From positions 1,280,001-1,344,000 of the forward strand of contig CP084167.1 in the NCBI GenBank assembly GCA_021513715.1: a stretch of 64,000 nucleotides of DNA. Reading direction: 5' to 3'. Position numbers and translations under genes: made by a program. The DNA comes from Candidatus Heimdallarchaeum endolithica. Its GTDB lineage: Archaea > Asgardarchaeota > Heimdallarchaeia > Heimdallarchaeales > Heimdallarchaeaceae. The notes under the pieces were generated by a model. The model worked only from the letters and a program-made list of their open reading frames with translations. It ran no database searches and was not told the DNA's origin. Shown piece after piece: positions 30,347-41,450 of the stretch (the first letter of the stretch is position 1; each line of letters opens with the position of its first letter).

Positions 30347-33031
30347 TTAAATTAAATACTGGCTTTGTATCTTAGTTTCAATTTCTTTTACCTTTCTCAT
30401 TTGTTTTTCATTAGATGAATTTTGTGTATAATCCCAATTCCATAGTAATTGTTGTTTAAGATAATTATAGAATTTTTTAGCTTTAGAATAGTCTCCTTTT
30501 TTTAACAAGAAACTTATTTTTTTAACAAGTAATAAAACCAAACAATCTATATCATCAATCCAATCACAATATTCTATTGTATTGATTAATAGACTTGGTT
30601 CAGAACGTTGTAACTTTTCTCCAATTTTATAGAGAAGACGATTAACTAAAATAATGGATAAGAACCACTTTTGCTTATTTTTTCTTGTGTCCCCAAGTTT
30701 TACTAATTTATCTTTAAGAGAGACTAAAGTGTCATACACCAGTGTTAAATCTTCTTCAGAAAAAGATGTTAGCATTTTTTCTACTATTTTTGCAAAGATT
30801 ATTATATCGTTGATAGTAAGAATTTCTATTTTTCCTTTCTTTAGTTCCTCTATTACAGCTTTTAAGTTATTATTATTAGAAGCAAAAACAGAAACCAATT
30901 GGTCTATTTTTTCCCATTCAACGCTATTTGCAAGCTCAAAAATTCTTTTAAGGGAATCTATCGGATTTTCTTCTAAACTGTTGAAAAAATACGCGATAGT
31001 TTCATATGAAGGAAATCTATTAAAATTAGAATTAGAAAAACGCACAATTTGTTCTTTTGTGGAAGAACCCAAAACATGAGAAGTGTACAATTCAAGAAAT
31101 TGAGCTTCAATCATATTTTCTTTTGATTTTGTTTTTTTAGCAAATTCATAAATTGAAGGAAGTATTTGGTCTATCTTTTCTTTCTTGTTTTCATCAAGAA
31201 TTATATTTATTAGTTCATGTTTTTTATATAGAAAAGCATATTGGTAGAAGTAGTCCTGGTATCTTTCGAAATCTGGGCTTTTAAGTAAATTGGATATAAA
31301 TTCTTGAAAGAAAGAATAAAGTTCTTGTTCAGTTACATCTAATAATAGATAACTATAACACAATTTTGAGAAAGGTGTTAGTTGATTTAAATTTCTTAGA
31401 GACAAATCAAAAATTGTTAAAGGGTCTGATTCAAAAAATCTAATAAATTTACTATTTTTAAGAAAGTTATACTTTGATTTCAACTTGGATACTGTCATTT
31501 TGAATTGTAACTTCATTTTAGAGAAACCATGTTCTTTTTCAAAATAGTGGAAAACTGGAAATAATTTTTGTTTTTTTGGAATAATTAACCTAACTTTTGA
31601 AGTTGGACAAATAATTCCTTTTTGAATTGAAGTCAAAATATCATCAATTTTATCTATTTCAATTACTTCATTACTATTTTCATCTAACAAACCTATTATT
31701 CTATAATAAGGCAATAAACATGAAGACATTCTTGATAAATCTTTGAATTCAGCTTGAAATTCTTCCTTTACCAATAAAGACAAATTTAGCTTATCAAGTT
31801 TTAATGAAATAACAAAGTAATTATTTCCTACATATTTATCTTCAGGGAAGATTTTTAGTTCTCTTTCATCAACTTCTATCGTAGAATCTATTTTTTCTAG
31901 TAGTTCTAGAATAGTAGAATAAGAAATGCAAGGAAATCTGTTTTTTGCGAGTGATATTTTCCTAACAAATTTCTGTTCCTTTTTATTTTTAAAGAGTAAA
32001 GTTATTTTCTCAATATCATAAATGTTTGAAACTGAACTGAAACTTTCAAAATAGAATAATTTACTTAAAATTTCTACCTTCTTAAAATTAAGTTCTTCTT
32101 GAATTTTTTCATATTTCATATCCTTTGAGAATTGTAAAGCATGATTTATCACTTCCAAAGCTTTTTCATTCCTATCAATTTCAACTAAAGTTTCAAGCAG
32201 TTTACTACAAATATATAGAAACTGATCTGGCACAGTCCACCTAGAATTCATTATTAGGGAATCAGTAAAATCATCAATAATCAGAGGTTCAATTAAAGCT
32301 ATTGGTTTTGAGAAAAGAAAAGAGATATAATACAAAATTTCATCATACAAATAATGCATTTTGCTTATATCCTTCAACATTCTAATAATTTCAGTCCTTA
32401 TTTCTTTCTTCTGTGTTTCAGTAAATTTATTTGGTAAGGATTTAATGATGGTTAATAAATAAACAATTGCTATGAAGATAGAAGAAACATCATTACATTC
32501 TTTACTAAGTTCCTTTAACCAGGCAAAGGTAGCAATGACTCCTTCTTTAAATTTGTCTAGTTCCCAGTATATTTTAGCCTTTAACTCCATTATTGTAATT
32601 AGTTTTATATCAAAATTAGCAATGATTTTTTCTATTTTTTTCACTGATTTTAAAGACTTAGAGTACTTTCTTTGTCGATATTGTTCTAGAGCAATTTGAG
32701 TTAATAGACCAAGTTCAAAATCCGTCATTTTATTATTTTTAGCTATTTTAGCTGCTTTTGAAAGATAACCTAGAGGATCTTTATTCTGATGTTGTAACAA
32801 CTGACTAACAAACAAATAATATTTTAACAAAAATTGCTTGTTCTTCCAGATTTGAGTTAATTTAAATAAATATTCTGAAATTTTTTTGGCTTCTTCAATA
32901 TCATTACTAGCTAAAAAGTCTTGACCTTTTAACGCCAATAGACTAAAGAAAATAGATTTAGAGCTTTTTTCATACTTGATTCTATATTTTTTAGCTAAGA
33001 AAAGTGGTAAATTATGTTCATCATCACTCAT
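30347..33031 (-). CDS. Large alpha-helical (TPR-like) hypothetical protein
   Basis: 894 aa; TPR-like helix pairs near both termini, no recognisable catalytic motif. Confidence 0.65.
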   Translation of the reverse strand: MSDDEHNLPLFLAKKYRIKYEKSSKSIFFSLLALKGQDFLASNDIEEAKKISEYLFKLTQIWKNKQFLLKYYLFVSQLLQHQNKDPLGYLSKAAKIAKNNKMTDFELGLLTQIALEQYRQRKYSKSLKSVKKIEKIIANFDIKLITIMELKAKIYWELDKFKEGVIATFAWLKELSKECNDVSSIFIAIVYLLTIIKSLPNKFTETQKKEIRTEIIRMLKDISKMHYLYDEILYYISFLFSKPIALIEPLIIDDFTDSLIMNSRWTVPDQFLYICSKLLETLVEIDRNEKALEVINHALQFSKDMKYEKIQEELNFKKVEILSKLFYFESFSSVSNIYDIEKITLLFKNKKEQKFVRKISLAKNRFPCISYSTILELLEKIDSTIEVDERELKIFPEDKYVGNNYFVISLKLDKLNLSLLVKEEFQAEFKDLSRMSSCLLPYYRIIGLLDENSNEVIEIDKIDDILTSIQKGIICPTSKVRLIIPKKQKLFPVFHYFEKEHGFSKMKLQFKMTVSKLKSKYNFLKNSKFIRFFESDPLTIFDLSLRNLNQLTPFSKLCYSYLLLDVTEQELYSFFQEFISNLLKSPDFERYQDYFYQYAFLYKKHELINIILDENKKEKIDQILPSIYEFAKKTKSKENMIEAQFLELYTSHVLGSSTKEQIVRFSNSNFNRFPSYETIAYFFNSLEENPIDSLKRIFELANSVEWEKIDQLVSVFASNNNNLKAVIEELKKGKIEILTINDIIIFAKIVEKMLTSFSEEDLTLVYDTLVSLKDKLVKLGDTRKNKQKWFLSIILVNRLLYKIGEKLQRSEPSLLINTIEYCDWIDDIDCLVLLLVKKISFLLKKGDYSKAKKFYNYLKQQLLWNWDYTQNSSNEKQMRKVKEIETKIQSQYLI

Positions 33032-33127
33032 AAAATCTCGTTTCCTTAGTATAATCTTTTTATGTTGTAATAAGTTTCTTTTTTTAAAGCATTTTGTTTT
33101 TACAATTTTATTGTTTTATCTATTGTT

Positions 33128-34708
33128 TTATCTATTGTTTAATTTTTCGAGTTCTCTTTTTGCTATTTTTCCTGGTCCGCTTAAAGGTAGTGAGTCTACA
33201 AATTCTATTTCTTTAGGAATTTTGTATGTAGCTATCTTATTTTTTAGGAACTCCGTAATCTGTTCCTTTGATATATTATAACCTTCTTTTTTTACTACAT
33301 AGAGTTTTCCTACTTCTCCATAATATTCATCTGGAATGCCAATCAAGGCAGTATAAGCTATTCCTGGTATTTTAAAGACTAGTTCTTCAACTTCTCTTGG
33401 GTAAATCTTTAATCCTCCAGAAATAATTACTTCTTTTAATCTGTCAACAATGAAAAAGAAACCCTCATCATCTATTGAGGCTAAATCACCAGTTCTCAGC
33501 CATCCATCTGAAGTAAAAGTTTTAATTGATTCTATTCCCTTTTTATAATAACCTAGCATAACCTGAGGACCTTTTATCACTAGTTCTCCTATCTCTCCTT
33601 CTATCATAATGTTTTGCTCTGTTTCTGGATCAATTATTTTCGCTTTTGTATCTGGTAATGGTAAACCGATTGAACCTAGTTTAGGAGAATCAGGTGGATT
33701 TAAGTGGGTTACAGGGCTACATTCTGTTAACCCATATCCTTCACAAATTTTAACACCAGTAAGTCTGTAAAATTTTTCACCTAACTCTTTTGCTAAAGGA
33801 GCTCCTCCAGAAACGCAAATCTCCAGTTTTAAATTCTTTACTGGTATTTTTTCTACAGTCAAAGCCACGTACATTGTTGGAACGGCATAAAGTTCTGTTA
33901 TATTTTCTTTAATTATTATTTCCCATACTTTTTTTGGATCAAATTTAGGTAATACGACAATTTTACTTCCTTTGAATAGTGGGGAAAAAACACAAACCAT
34001 TAGCCCAAAAGAATGATAAAAAGGAAGAACACCTAAAACTATTGTTTTTTCTGGATTTCTTTCTTTTCTATCTAAAGCTGTATTAAATTGAATAGAATTA
34101 GCTAATAAATTATAATGCGAAAGCACGACTGCTTTGGGTAATCCTGTTGTTCCTCCAGTGTATAATAATAGAGCTACTGAATTACTTTGACTTTGATCTT
34201 CAGTATAAAAGTCATTTTTTTCTAATATACTTTCTATCAGCACATAGTCATTTTCAGTTGGTTTAATATAGGCATATGAATCTGTGATTATTTTGATATT
34301 AAATGCATGATGTTTAATAGCTGTAGAAAATTTTTCTTTTAATTCTGATTCTGTGATTAATGCAATAGCATCAGAATCAATGAAATTATTAGATATATCT
34401 TTTTCTGATAATCTTGGGTTTAACAAAACAACTTTTGCTCCTACTTGAAAGCAAGCAAAAAGTGAAATTATAAAATAGTAAGAATTATTAAGTAATATTG
34501 CTACTGTATCTTCTTTTCCAATTCCAGAATAATCAAGAAAGAACGCTAGTTTATTAGAGTCTGTTATAAGTTCTTTATAAGAGTAATTTTTTTGACCTTC
34601 AACTACAGCTATTTTTTCAGGAATCTTATTTGCAACCATTAGAAGATTTTGATAGAGAGAATGATTTGGATAAGATAAAGTATAATTAGATTCATCAGAT
34701 AACTTCAA
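33128..34708 (-). CDS. Long-chain fatty acid--CoA ligase
   Basis: YTGGTTGLPK, EGYGLTE, GWLRTGD, GPGKI. Confidence 0.92.
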   Translation of the reverse strand: MKLSDESNYTLSYPNHSLYQNLLMVANKIPEKIAVVEGQKNYSYKELITDSNKLAFFLDYSGIGKEDTVAILLNNSYYFIISLFACFQVGAKVVLLNPRLSEKDISNNFIDSDAIALITESELKEKFSTAIKHHAFNIKIITDSYAYIKPTENDYVLIESILEKNDFYTEDQSQSNSVALLLYTGGTTGLPKAVVLSHYNLLANSIQFNTALDRKERNPEKTIVLGVLPFYHSFGLMVCVFSPLFKGSKIVVLPKFDPKKVWEIIIKENITELYAVPTMYVALTVEKIPVKNLKLEICVSGGAPLAKELGEKFYRLTGVKICEGYGLTECSPVTHLNPPDSPKLGSIGLPLPDTKAKIIDPETEQNIMIEGEIGELVIKGPQVMLGYYKKGIESIKTFTSDGWLRTGDLASIDDEGFFFIVDRLKEVIISGGLKIYPREVEELVFKIPGIAYTALIGIPDEYYGEVGKLYVVKKEGYNISKEQITEFLKNKIATYKIPKEIEFVDSLPLSGPGKIAKRELEKLNNR

Positions 34709-34799
34709 GATTGTTCATGTTATTTTATTTAATAAGTATAAAAAATGTTACGATTAGAAAACCAAAAAAGATATTTGTATTTTTGCAATTATTATCATA

Positions 34800-35699
34800 A
34801 TGGATGATGATGACAATCAAAATTTAAATCTTGAACTAGCAAAAAAAATGATGGAGCAACAACTTTATGAGGAAGCCCTATCTATTTTGGAAAAAGGATT
34901 AACTGAAAACCCTTCCAACACTGATTTTCTCTGGTTAAAAGCAAAGATTCTCTTTATTACTGGAAAATTCAATCAAACAATTGATGTTCTATCTTCACTC
35001 ATTTTACAAGAAAAAAGTAATGCGAAAGCCTACGAATTAATGGGTGAAACATATAGATGTTTAAACAACCTTGATGTTGCTGAAGAATATTATCAAAAGG
35101 CATTAGAACTTGACTCTAAAAGTTTTCTTTCCTGGTTAGGAAAAGGAAAAATCGCTTATCACAAAGGAGATTTTCAGACAGCTATTCTCTGCTTTAAGAC
35201 ATTCGTACAAGAGCATAAGGAGCGAAGTGACATCTGGCATTTATTAGCTAAAGCTTATAAAGAAGCTAATAATGAACTTGAAGCTATTGATGCTTATAAT
35301 ATGGCTATTGACTTTGATCCACTAAATAAGGAATTGTATGAAGAATTAGGGGATATTTATTTCGAACTAGGACACAAGGATATAGCTAAAGAGAAGTACC
35401 TACAAGCACTACAAGTTGAAGAAAAAACAAGAGAGATGAACGTTTCACTTTATTTAAAAGTAATCAGAATTTTATTAGAAGAAAATCAAAATTTAAGAGC
35501 TTTTAATTTATGTAATGAGATCTTAGTTTTTCAAAAAAACAATGTTGATGCATTGTTTCTTTCAGGTGTTGCACTTATTCAGATGAGTAACATTCACGAA
35601 GGTAAAAAACGAGTAGAAGAGGCATATTCGATTGAAAAAAGAGATGATATCTGGGATTACTTAAATAATTTAGAAAAAGAAATTTATTTTAATAGATAG
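34800..35699 (+). CDS. Tetratricopeptide repeat protein
   Basis: Tandem 34-aa TPR motifs (AYELMGETY...AEEYYQKALELD). Confidence 0.9.
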   Translation: MDDDDNQNLNLELAKKMMEQQLYEEALSILEKGLTENPSNTDFLWLKAKILFITGKFNQTIDVLSSLILQEKSNAKAYELMGETYRCLNNLDVAEEYYQKALELDSKSFLSWLGKGKIAYHKGDFQTAILCFKTFVQEHKERSDIWHLLAKAYKEANNELEAIDAYNMAIDFDPLNKELYEELGDIYFELGHKDIAKEKYLQALQVEEKTREMNVSLYLKVIRILLEENQNLRAFNLCNEILVFQKNNVDALFLSGVALIQMSNIHEGKKRVEEAYSIEKRDDIWDYLNNLEKEIYFNR

Positions 35700-36473
35700 C
35701 TACTTTTTGGTTGGCTCTTTCTCACTAGAGATAATAACAATAGAAAGAAGAAGTAAAAGAATACTGAAAACTATAACTAATAGTACATTAATGATAATCT
35801 CTATGTTTGAGAAACTAAATGAAAATACATTCACAGGTATCTGAAGAAAGTTGTATCTTGCAGCTTCTTCTTGGTTCAGTAAACTTGAGACTAAAGTTAA
35901 ACTAAAGACTACTAAGACACTCACAGCACCAGAACTTAACTGAGATTTGGTAAAAGTTGAGATCAACAGTCCTATGCAAACATACAAAAGTAAGGATAAT
36001 ATAAAAAAACCACTTGCTAAAAGAAAAATTGGTATATCAGGTTTCCCAGCCATTAATATAATTAAGAAAAAAGCAAAAAGAGTACTGAATATATAAGGAA
36101 TAATTACAAGAAGAAAACGCACGATTGTTTTTATTATAATTAAAGAGGAATCTCTAACTGGAGCTGTTTTCAACAGTGTAAAAGTATTTTTTTCACGCTC
36201 TCCAGCAATAGCATCAACACATAAAATAACAGTGATAATACTTAGAATATTGTTAGCATTACTAAAAAATGTTTGACTCAAGACTGTAGGAGTCAACTCT
36301 GGAAATAGTTCAGAAGGGATGTCAGGAACAAGATAGGGTAAAGCGTACATCATTAAAATTGTAAATAAGCTAAAAATGATTATACCTGCAGTTATTGGAA
36401 GAAGTTTGCGTTTTGCATCTTTCCACTCTTTTATAAACAAAGAATAGTTAACACATCTTGAATTAATCTTCAT
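35700..36473 (-). CDS. ABC-2 type transporter permease
   Basis: AIAGEREKNTF motif, six TM helices, adjacent NBD gene. Confidence 0.88.
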   Translation of the reverse strand: MKINSRCVNYSLFIKEWKDAKRKLLPITAGIIIFSLFTILMMYALPYLVPDIPSELFPELTPTVLSQTFFSNANNILSIITVILCVDAIAGEREKNTFTLLKTAPVRDSSLIIIKTIVRFLLVIIPYIFSTLFAFFLIILMAGKPDIPIFLLASGFFILSLLLYVCIGLLISTFTKSQLSSGAVSVLVVFSLTLVSSLLNQEEAARYNFLQIPVNVFSFSFSNIEIIINVLLVIVFSILLLLLSIVIISSEKEPTKK

Positions 36474-37419
36474 TTGAACTCACCATTTTGATAAACAATT
36501 GATCCAAATCAGGCTCATAATAACCAAAAGAAAGAATTGAATGCTTTTCCATTATTTTACTTAAAATTTCATTAAATTCATCAATAACATTTTCAGACTT
36601 TATTTGAAACAAAATCTTATTACCTTCAAATTCTATTTTTTTTATATTAGATACTTTTTTCAGAAAAGAAAAAATTTCTTCATTATCATTTGACTCAATA
36701 TAATAGACGTTTTTTGTTATTTTTTTTATTATATTCAGTGGAGTATCATGCTCCACTAATATTCCATTATTTAAGACGAATACTTCATCACTTAACTTCC
36801 AAATATCTGTTAAAATATGGCTTGAATAAAGAACTATTTTTTCTTTTGAAAGTTCTTTCATCAAATTGCTGACATGAGATCGAACTACAGGATCTAGTCC
36901 GCTCAAACTCTCATCTAAAATCAAGATATCTGGGTCGTGTAATAATATTCCAGCAATCAATAGTAACCTTTTTTGTCCTGTAGAGAGGTATCTTACAATT
37001 TTATTTGGAGAGTACTTTATTCCAACAAAATCTACAACTTCTTTAACTCTCTTTTTTCTTTGTGTTTTAACTAATCCATGTAGTCCTGCTAAAATGTGTA
37101 AAAAATCTCTTGCGCTTAAATTTTCATATAGACCAACATCTTCTGGAATAAATCCATAAATGTTTTTTTGAAATAATAACTTACGATTTACTGCAGTATT
37201 ATTTAGGATAACCTTTCCTTCTGTAGGAGTTAGTAAACCAGTAATACACTTAAACAAAGTTGTCTTTCCTGCTCCATTTGGTCCAATTAAACCATAAAGT
37301 CCAGGTTTATTAATACTCAAACTTATACCTTTTAGAGCAAAAAAAGAGTTAAACTTTTTCTTTAGGTTTTCAACTTTAACTCCAATCATTTGGTTTTCTT
37401 GTTTCTGTAATGGATTCAT
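36463..37419 (-). CDS. ABC transporter ATP-binding protein
   Basis: GPNGAGKT, LSTGQ, ILDE, SSHIL; true start may be ATG 37389. Confidence 0.92.
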   Translation of the reverse strand: MNPLQKQENQMIGVKVENLKKKFNSFFALKGISLSINKPGLYGLIGPNGAGKTTLFKCITGLLTPTEGKVILNNTAVNRKLLFQKNIYGFIPEDVGLYENLSARDFLHILAGLHGLVKTQRKKRVKEVVDFVGIKYSPNKIVRYLSTGQKRLLLIAGILLHDPDILILDESLSGLDPVVRSHVSNLMKELSKEKIVLYSSHILTDIWKLSDEVFVLNNGILVEHDTPLNIIKKITKNVYYIESNDNEEIFSFLKKVSNIKKIEFEGNKILFQIKSENVIDEFNEILSKIMEKHSILSFGYYEPDLDQLFIKMVSSNED

Positions 37420-37621
37420 GTTTAACTCGACCTATAATGAAATATAATATTGCTCCTATAGTACTAATCAACCATATAACTAGAATCCATAAAACAAATT
37501 CTGTTTGTTCTCGATAGGGGTGTGATTTTACTAAATCAATAGTGGCAAAAATCTGCAAACCCATTTGTAATAACACAAGAACAATTATAATGGATATCAT
37601 CAATAAGCTAAAGTTCATCAT
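37376..37621 (-). CDS. PLDc N-terminal-domain small membrane protein
   Basis: Two TM helices ending WILVIWLISTIGAILYFIIGR; precedes ABC genes; start uncertain. Confidence 0.75.
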   Translation of the reverse strand: MMNFSLLMISIIIVLVLLQMGLQIFATIDLVKSHPYREQTEFVLWILVIWLISTIGAILYFIIGRVKHESITETRKPNDWS

Positions 37622-37687
37622 TGTAGATAGACAGTGGATTAACCAATTAATATATTTTTTCAAATTTACTGTAATAATCCAAGAAAA

Positions 37688-39082
37688 TTAAGGTTTAGGA
37701 GAATTGTCCTTCTCTTTTTTTCTTTCTGGAAATTTATATGCAAAATAAATATCAATAGGGAGAAAAGTCAAAGTTATAAGAAAAGGTATAAGAAAAGAAG
37801 TTTTTTCTATTATCAAACCAGCAATTAAAGAGGTAGGTAACCATCCTAAACTCTGTAACCCTGAAACAGTTCCATAAGCTTCAGCTCTTCTTTGTTTATC
37901 AAAACCTGTCATTATTGATTGTATTCCAGGAACCCAAAAAGCTACTGAAGCTCCTAATCCTATCCAAGCTATCCAAATTGCATATTTTCTAAATTCAGGA
38001 GAAGTAAAGAAAGCAATGATATTCAATGTGATAAATAAACTCCCAGACACTTCACTCATAACTAGAATTTCGTTATTTTTGACTTTATCTGCAAATGAAA
38101 CGAAAATCATGAAAACGACAATTGTGCTAAAATTAAAGAAGAAAGTAAATTCTGCTATATCTCCTTCTGTAAAAGAATAAACGAGAATTGTACTTCCATT
38201 AAAAATAGATATACTTAGACCCCAAAGAAAAGAGTCAAAGATGAAGAAAGATAGAGCATATTTAAGTCTAGGTATTTTAAAAATGGAATTATACAATTCT
38301 ACTTCTTTTTCAACTTCTTTAAAGAATTCAGAATCAATGTTTCTTCTTTTAAGAATTTTCGTTCTAAAAAGATAGAATGGAATGGAAACCAATCTTACAA
38401 AACTTGTAAAAAAGGTTTTTATTATTATTGGAATTGATATGATAGATTGAATAAAGTCTTTTTTTAAACTCCATTTTACGTTTTCAATCAACAAAGATTC
38501 TCTTAAGAAAAATAATTGATAAATGTATAGAAAAACAAATCCTCCAAAAAGTAAATAAAAATAGATTCTTAGATCAACTTTTTGTGAAAAAATGCGAATT
38601 ATTAATGGTCCTACAAGACCTGTTGAGTAAAAAGCCAAATTAACAAAAGTAAATGAAGAAGTTTTTTTCTTTTCTTCTGAACTTTCAGCAGTTAATGCTT
38701 GTTTTGCTGGTTCTCTAATCCCAAATGCAAATGAAAATAACAATAGTGCACTTATAACAATGAATAAATTTCTTGATTGACTAAATAGAGCAAAAGCAAG
38801 TATGAACAAAAAAATACTTGATAAGTATGTCACTCTTCTTCCTCTTTTATCACTCACTTTGGCTGTCAGGATTAAAGAAGAAGATTGAATCATTGAACTT
38901 ATAGTTAGAATCAAACCTAATTTCTTCTCTGATTTAATAAATTGAACAATGTAAGGTTGTAATATTACGTTGTAAAAACCATTAATTAATCCCAATATCA
39001 GATTAGCTATGAATACAGTCTTAATATTTGAATATCTAAGTGGGTTAAGCGAAGTTTCAACTACACTATTCAATTTAATCAA
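37688..39082 (-). CDS. MFS transporter
   Basis: KVSDKRGRR motif A, 12 TM helices. Confidence 0.88.
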   Translation of the reverse strand: MIKLNSVVETSLNPLRYSNIKTVFIANLILGLINGFYNVILQPYIVQFIKSEKKLGLILTISSMIQSSSLILTAKVSDKRGRRVTYLSSIFLFILAFALFSQSRNLFIVISALLLFSFAFGIREPAKQALTAESSEEKKKTSSFTFVNLAFYSTGLVGPLIIRIFSQKVDLRIYFYLLFGGFVFLYIYQLFFLRESLLIENVKWSLKKDFIQSIISIPIIIKTFFTSFVRLVSIPFYLFRTKILKRRNIDSEFFKEVEKEVELYNSIFKIPRLKYALSFFIFDSFLWGLSISIFNGSTILVYSFTEGDIAEFTFFFNFSTIVVFMIFVSFADKVKNNEILVMSEVSGSLFITLNIIAFFTSPEFRKYAIWIAWIGLGASVAFWVPGIQSIMTGFDKQRRAEAYGTVSGLQSLGWLPTSLIAGLIIEKTSFLIPFLITLTFLPIDIYFAYKFPERKKEKDNSPKP

Positions 39083-39196
39083 AACCTATTAATCTATTGT
39101 TATTATAAAGTTTCATTTATCAACGGAAAAGGAAGTTAAAAGTTTATTTTTTTTACAACTTTCCTCAATAATTATATTTTTTAATTTGATAGTCTA

Positions 39197-41071
39197 ATGT
39201 ATATTAAGATAAGTATGGATGATTTCGAATCTTTAGTAGCCAATTTGCCCATAGGAGTTGCTGTACTGCAAAATGACAAAATCGTTTATGCCAACACCTA
39301 TCTTTTAATGATGACTGGCTATTCTTATTCTGATGTTGAAAATAAATCAGTATTAAATTTTCTTCATCCAGACGACAAAGAGATTTTTATTAAGAGATTA
39401 GAAAAACGAAAAAAAGGAGAACCACTACGTAATGAAGTAATATATCGGATATTACAGAAAAATGGCTCAATCATCCTTACAAAAGTGGAAACCAAGGATT
39501 TCAAAATTCAGAAAGAGGACCTTATATTATTACTTGTAAAAAATATAGGTTCAAGTATGCTCATTTATCAACCTTTGGAGATCACAAGTTCTTTAATTGA
39601 TAGTTTAGCTTTTAATAATTCTTTTGGAATTTGGATTGATGACTTAAATGATAATACTATATTTGTAAATCAATTTCTTTGTGATGTTCTTGAAGTTACA
39701 CCAATAGAGGTTATAAATCATAAAATTACTGAATTTCTTCATCCTGATTCAAAGAATGTTTACAAAAAAATCCTAAATGAAAGAAAAGAAAATGTCCAAA
39801 CCTCTTCTTATGAACTTTCTTTAGTTAATAAAGAAGGAAAAATATTTCATTTTAGAGTCATTGGTTCTGTTTTATTTGATTTAGAAGGAAATAAAATAGC
39901 TTCAGTTGGACTTTTCTTCAATATTGATGAAATAAAGAAATCGAGCGAAGTTTTAAGTTTGCTCACTGAAATGGCTTTATCTCAAGAAATCCAATCAGAG
40001 AATTTTTGGAAAAATTCTATAACCAAACTACTTTCCATTTTTAATTTTGACTTTGGATTGATTTATTTTGAAGGAGAGATTCTCACTTCTATTCCTGAAA
40101 ATATCAATTTAGATTTTTTTTATGATAACTTTAATGAAATAATTAGAACAAAAGAAAATAGTCTAATATCCCATATTGCTACTGAAGTTTTTGGAAAGAA
40201 ATGCGAATCATCATATTATACACTTATTCCAACAAGAGAAATGTCATCAGGCTTTCTACTTCTAGGTTCAACCAAAACGCGTATGTTTGATGATACAACT
40301 AAAAGACTAGTAGACTTCTTTTCATCTCAAGTGGGATTGTTATATGAAAATAGAAAAAAAACTTTAGAAAAAGCTGAAGAACGTTCTTTCACTAGTCTTC
40401 TTTTAGATATTTTAAGTCATGATTTTGTTAATGCTAATACTTCTGTATTTGGTTATTTAGAATTAATGAGAGAATTTTTGATTAATAAACAATATGATAA
40501 ACTTGGAGACTATTTAGAACGTTCTACTGAGCTTCTTGAAAGGAGTGAAAGAATAGTAGAATCAATTCAACAGCTCACAAAGTTAAGAGCTTTTGATCAA
40601 CCAAAAGAGAGAATTGATTTAAAAAAGATTATAGATAGTGCTATAGAAACTCAAAAGGTTTTACTGCTTCCTAGAAAGTTACATGTGAAAGTTGAATGTC
40701 CTCTGGAAACAAAATTTTTCGGTAATCCCCTAATTAAAGAAGCTTTTGAAAAAATATTCAAACTAATTATTTATTTTAATTCTCAGGAAGAAGTAAAAAT
40801 AGAAATAAAATGTGATTATGTCAAACAAGATCAAAAAAACTATGTAAAATGTGAAATTACAGATAACAGTGAAGGAATCCCCGAAGAGATGCATTTTACT
40901 TTACTACAGAACTTAACAAGAGGAGACTCACGATTAAAGTCAGAAATAGGATTATGTCTTTATATTTCAAATGTAATTGTTAAATCACTTTCGGGAAAAT
41001 TAAATCTAAGACAGATAAAAAAGGATGGTAAGTCAATTGGTACAATCTACGAAATTTTCTTACCTTCTTAA
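39197..41071 (+). CDS. PAS-PAS-(GAF-like) sensor histidine kinase-like protein
   Basis: Two PAS domains (FLHPDD/FLHPDS), H-box ILSHDF, degenerate HATPase (DNSEGIP). Confidence 0.85.
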   Translation: MYIKISMDDFESLVANLPIGVAVLQNDKIVYANTYLLMMTGYSYSDVENKSVLNFLHPDDKEIFIKRLEKRKKGEPLRNEVIYRILQKNGSIILTKVETKDFKIQKEDLILLLVKNIGSSMLIYQPLEITSSLIDSLAFNNSFGIWIDDLNDNTIFVNQFLCDVLEVTPIEVINHKITEFLHPDSKNVYKKILNERKENVQTSSYELSLVNKEGKIFHFRVIGSVLFDLEGNKIASVGLFFNIDEIKKSSEVLSLLTEMALSQEIQSENFWKNSITKLLSIFNFDFGLIYFEGEILTSIPENINLDFFYDNFNEIIRTKENSLISHIATEVFGKKCESSYYTLIPTREMSSGFLLLGSTKTRMFDDTTKRLVDFFSSQVGLLYENRKKTLEKAEERSFTSLLLDILSHDFVNANTSVFGYLELMREFLINKQYDKLGDYLERSTELLERSERIVESIQQLTKLRAFDQPKERIDLKKIIDSAIETQKVLLLPRKLHVKVECPLETKFFGNPLIKEAFEKIFKLIIYFNSQEEVKIEIKCDYVKQDQKNYVKCEITDNSEGIPEEMHFTLLQNLTRGDSRLKSEIGLCLYISNVIVKSLSGKLNLRQIKKDGKSIGTIYEIFLPS

Positions 41072-41082
41072 GAGGGATTAAA

Positions 41083-41442
41083 TTGGCTAAAATATTCATT
41101 GTAGACGATGATGTTGCAATTCAATACCTTTACAGTGAAGGACTGAAGATTAAAGGACATGAGATTTTAGGTGTAGTTAGCGATGGTGTTTCAGCTTTAG
41201 AGAAACTAGAGAATATGAAAGAGCAACCAGACATCATAATCCTTGATCATAAAATGCCATTAAAAAATGGTGTAGAGACATTAATTGAAATTAGAAAAAA
41301 TAACCTCTGTCCCAACGCAAAAATTCTTTTCATTACAGCTGATGGAACAATAAAAGAAACAGTAGAAAAATTCAAAGTTGAAAAATTCATTCAAAAACCA
41401 TTTAGTATTCTCAGTTTATTATCTGTTATTGATTCCATTTAA
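41083..41442 (+). CDS. Single-domain response regulator
   Basis: IVDDD, ILDHKMP, ITA, KPF. Confidence 0.93.
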   Translation: MAKIFIVDDDVAIQYLYSEGLKIKGHEILGVVSDGVSALEKLENMKEQPDIIILDHKMPLKNGVETLIEIRKNNLCPNAKILFITADGTIKETVEKFKVEKFIQKPFSILSLLSVIDSI

Positions 41443-41450
41443 TTACTTTT

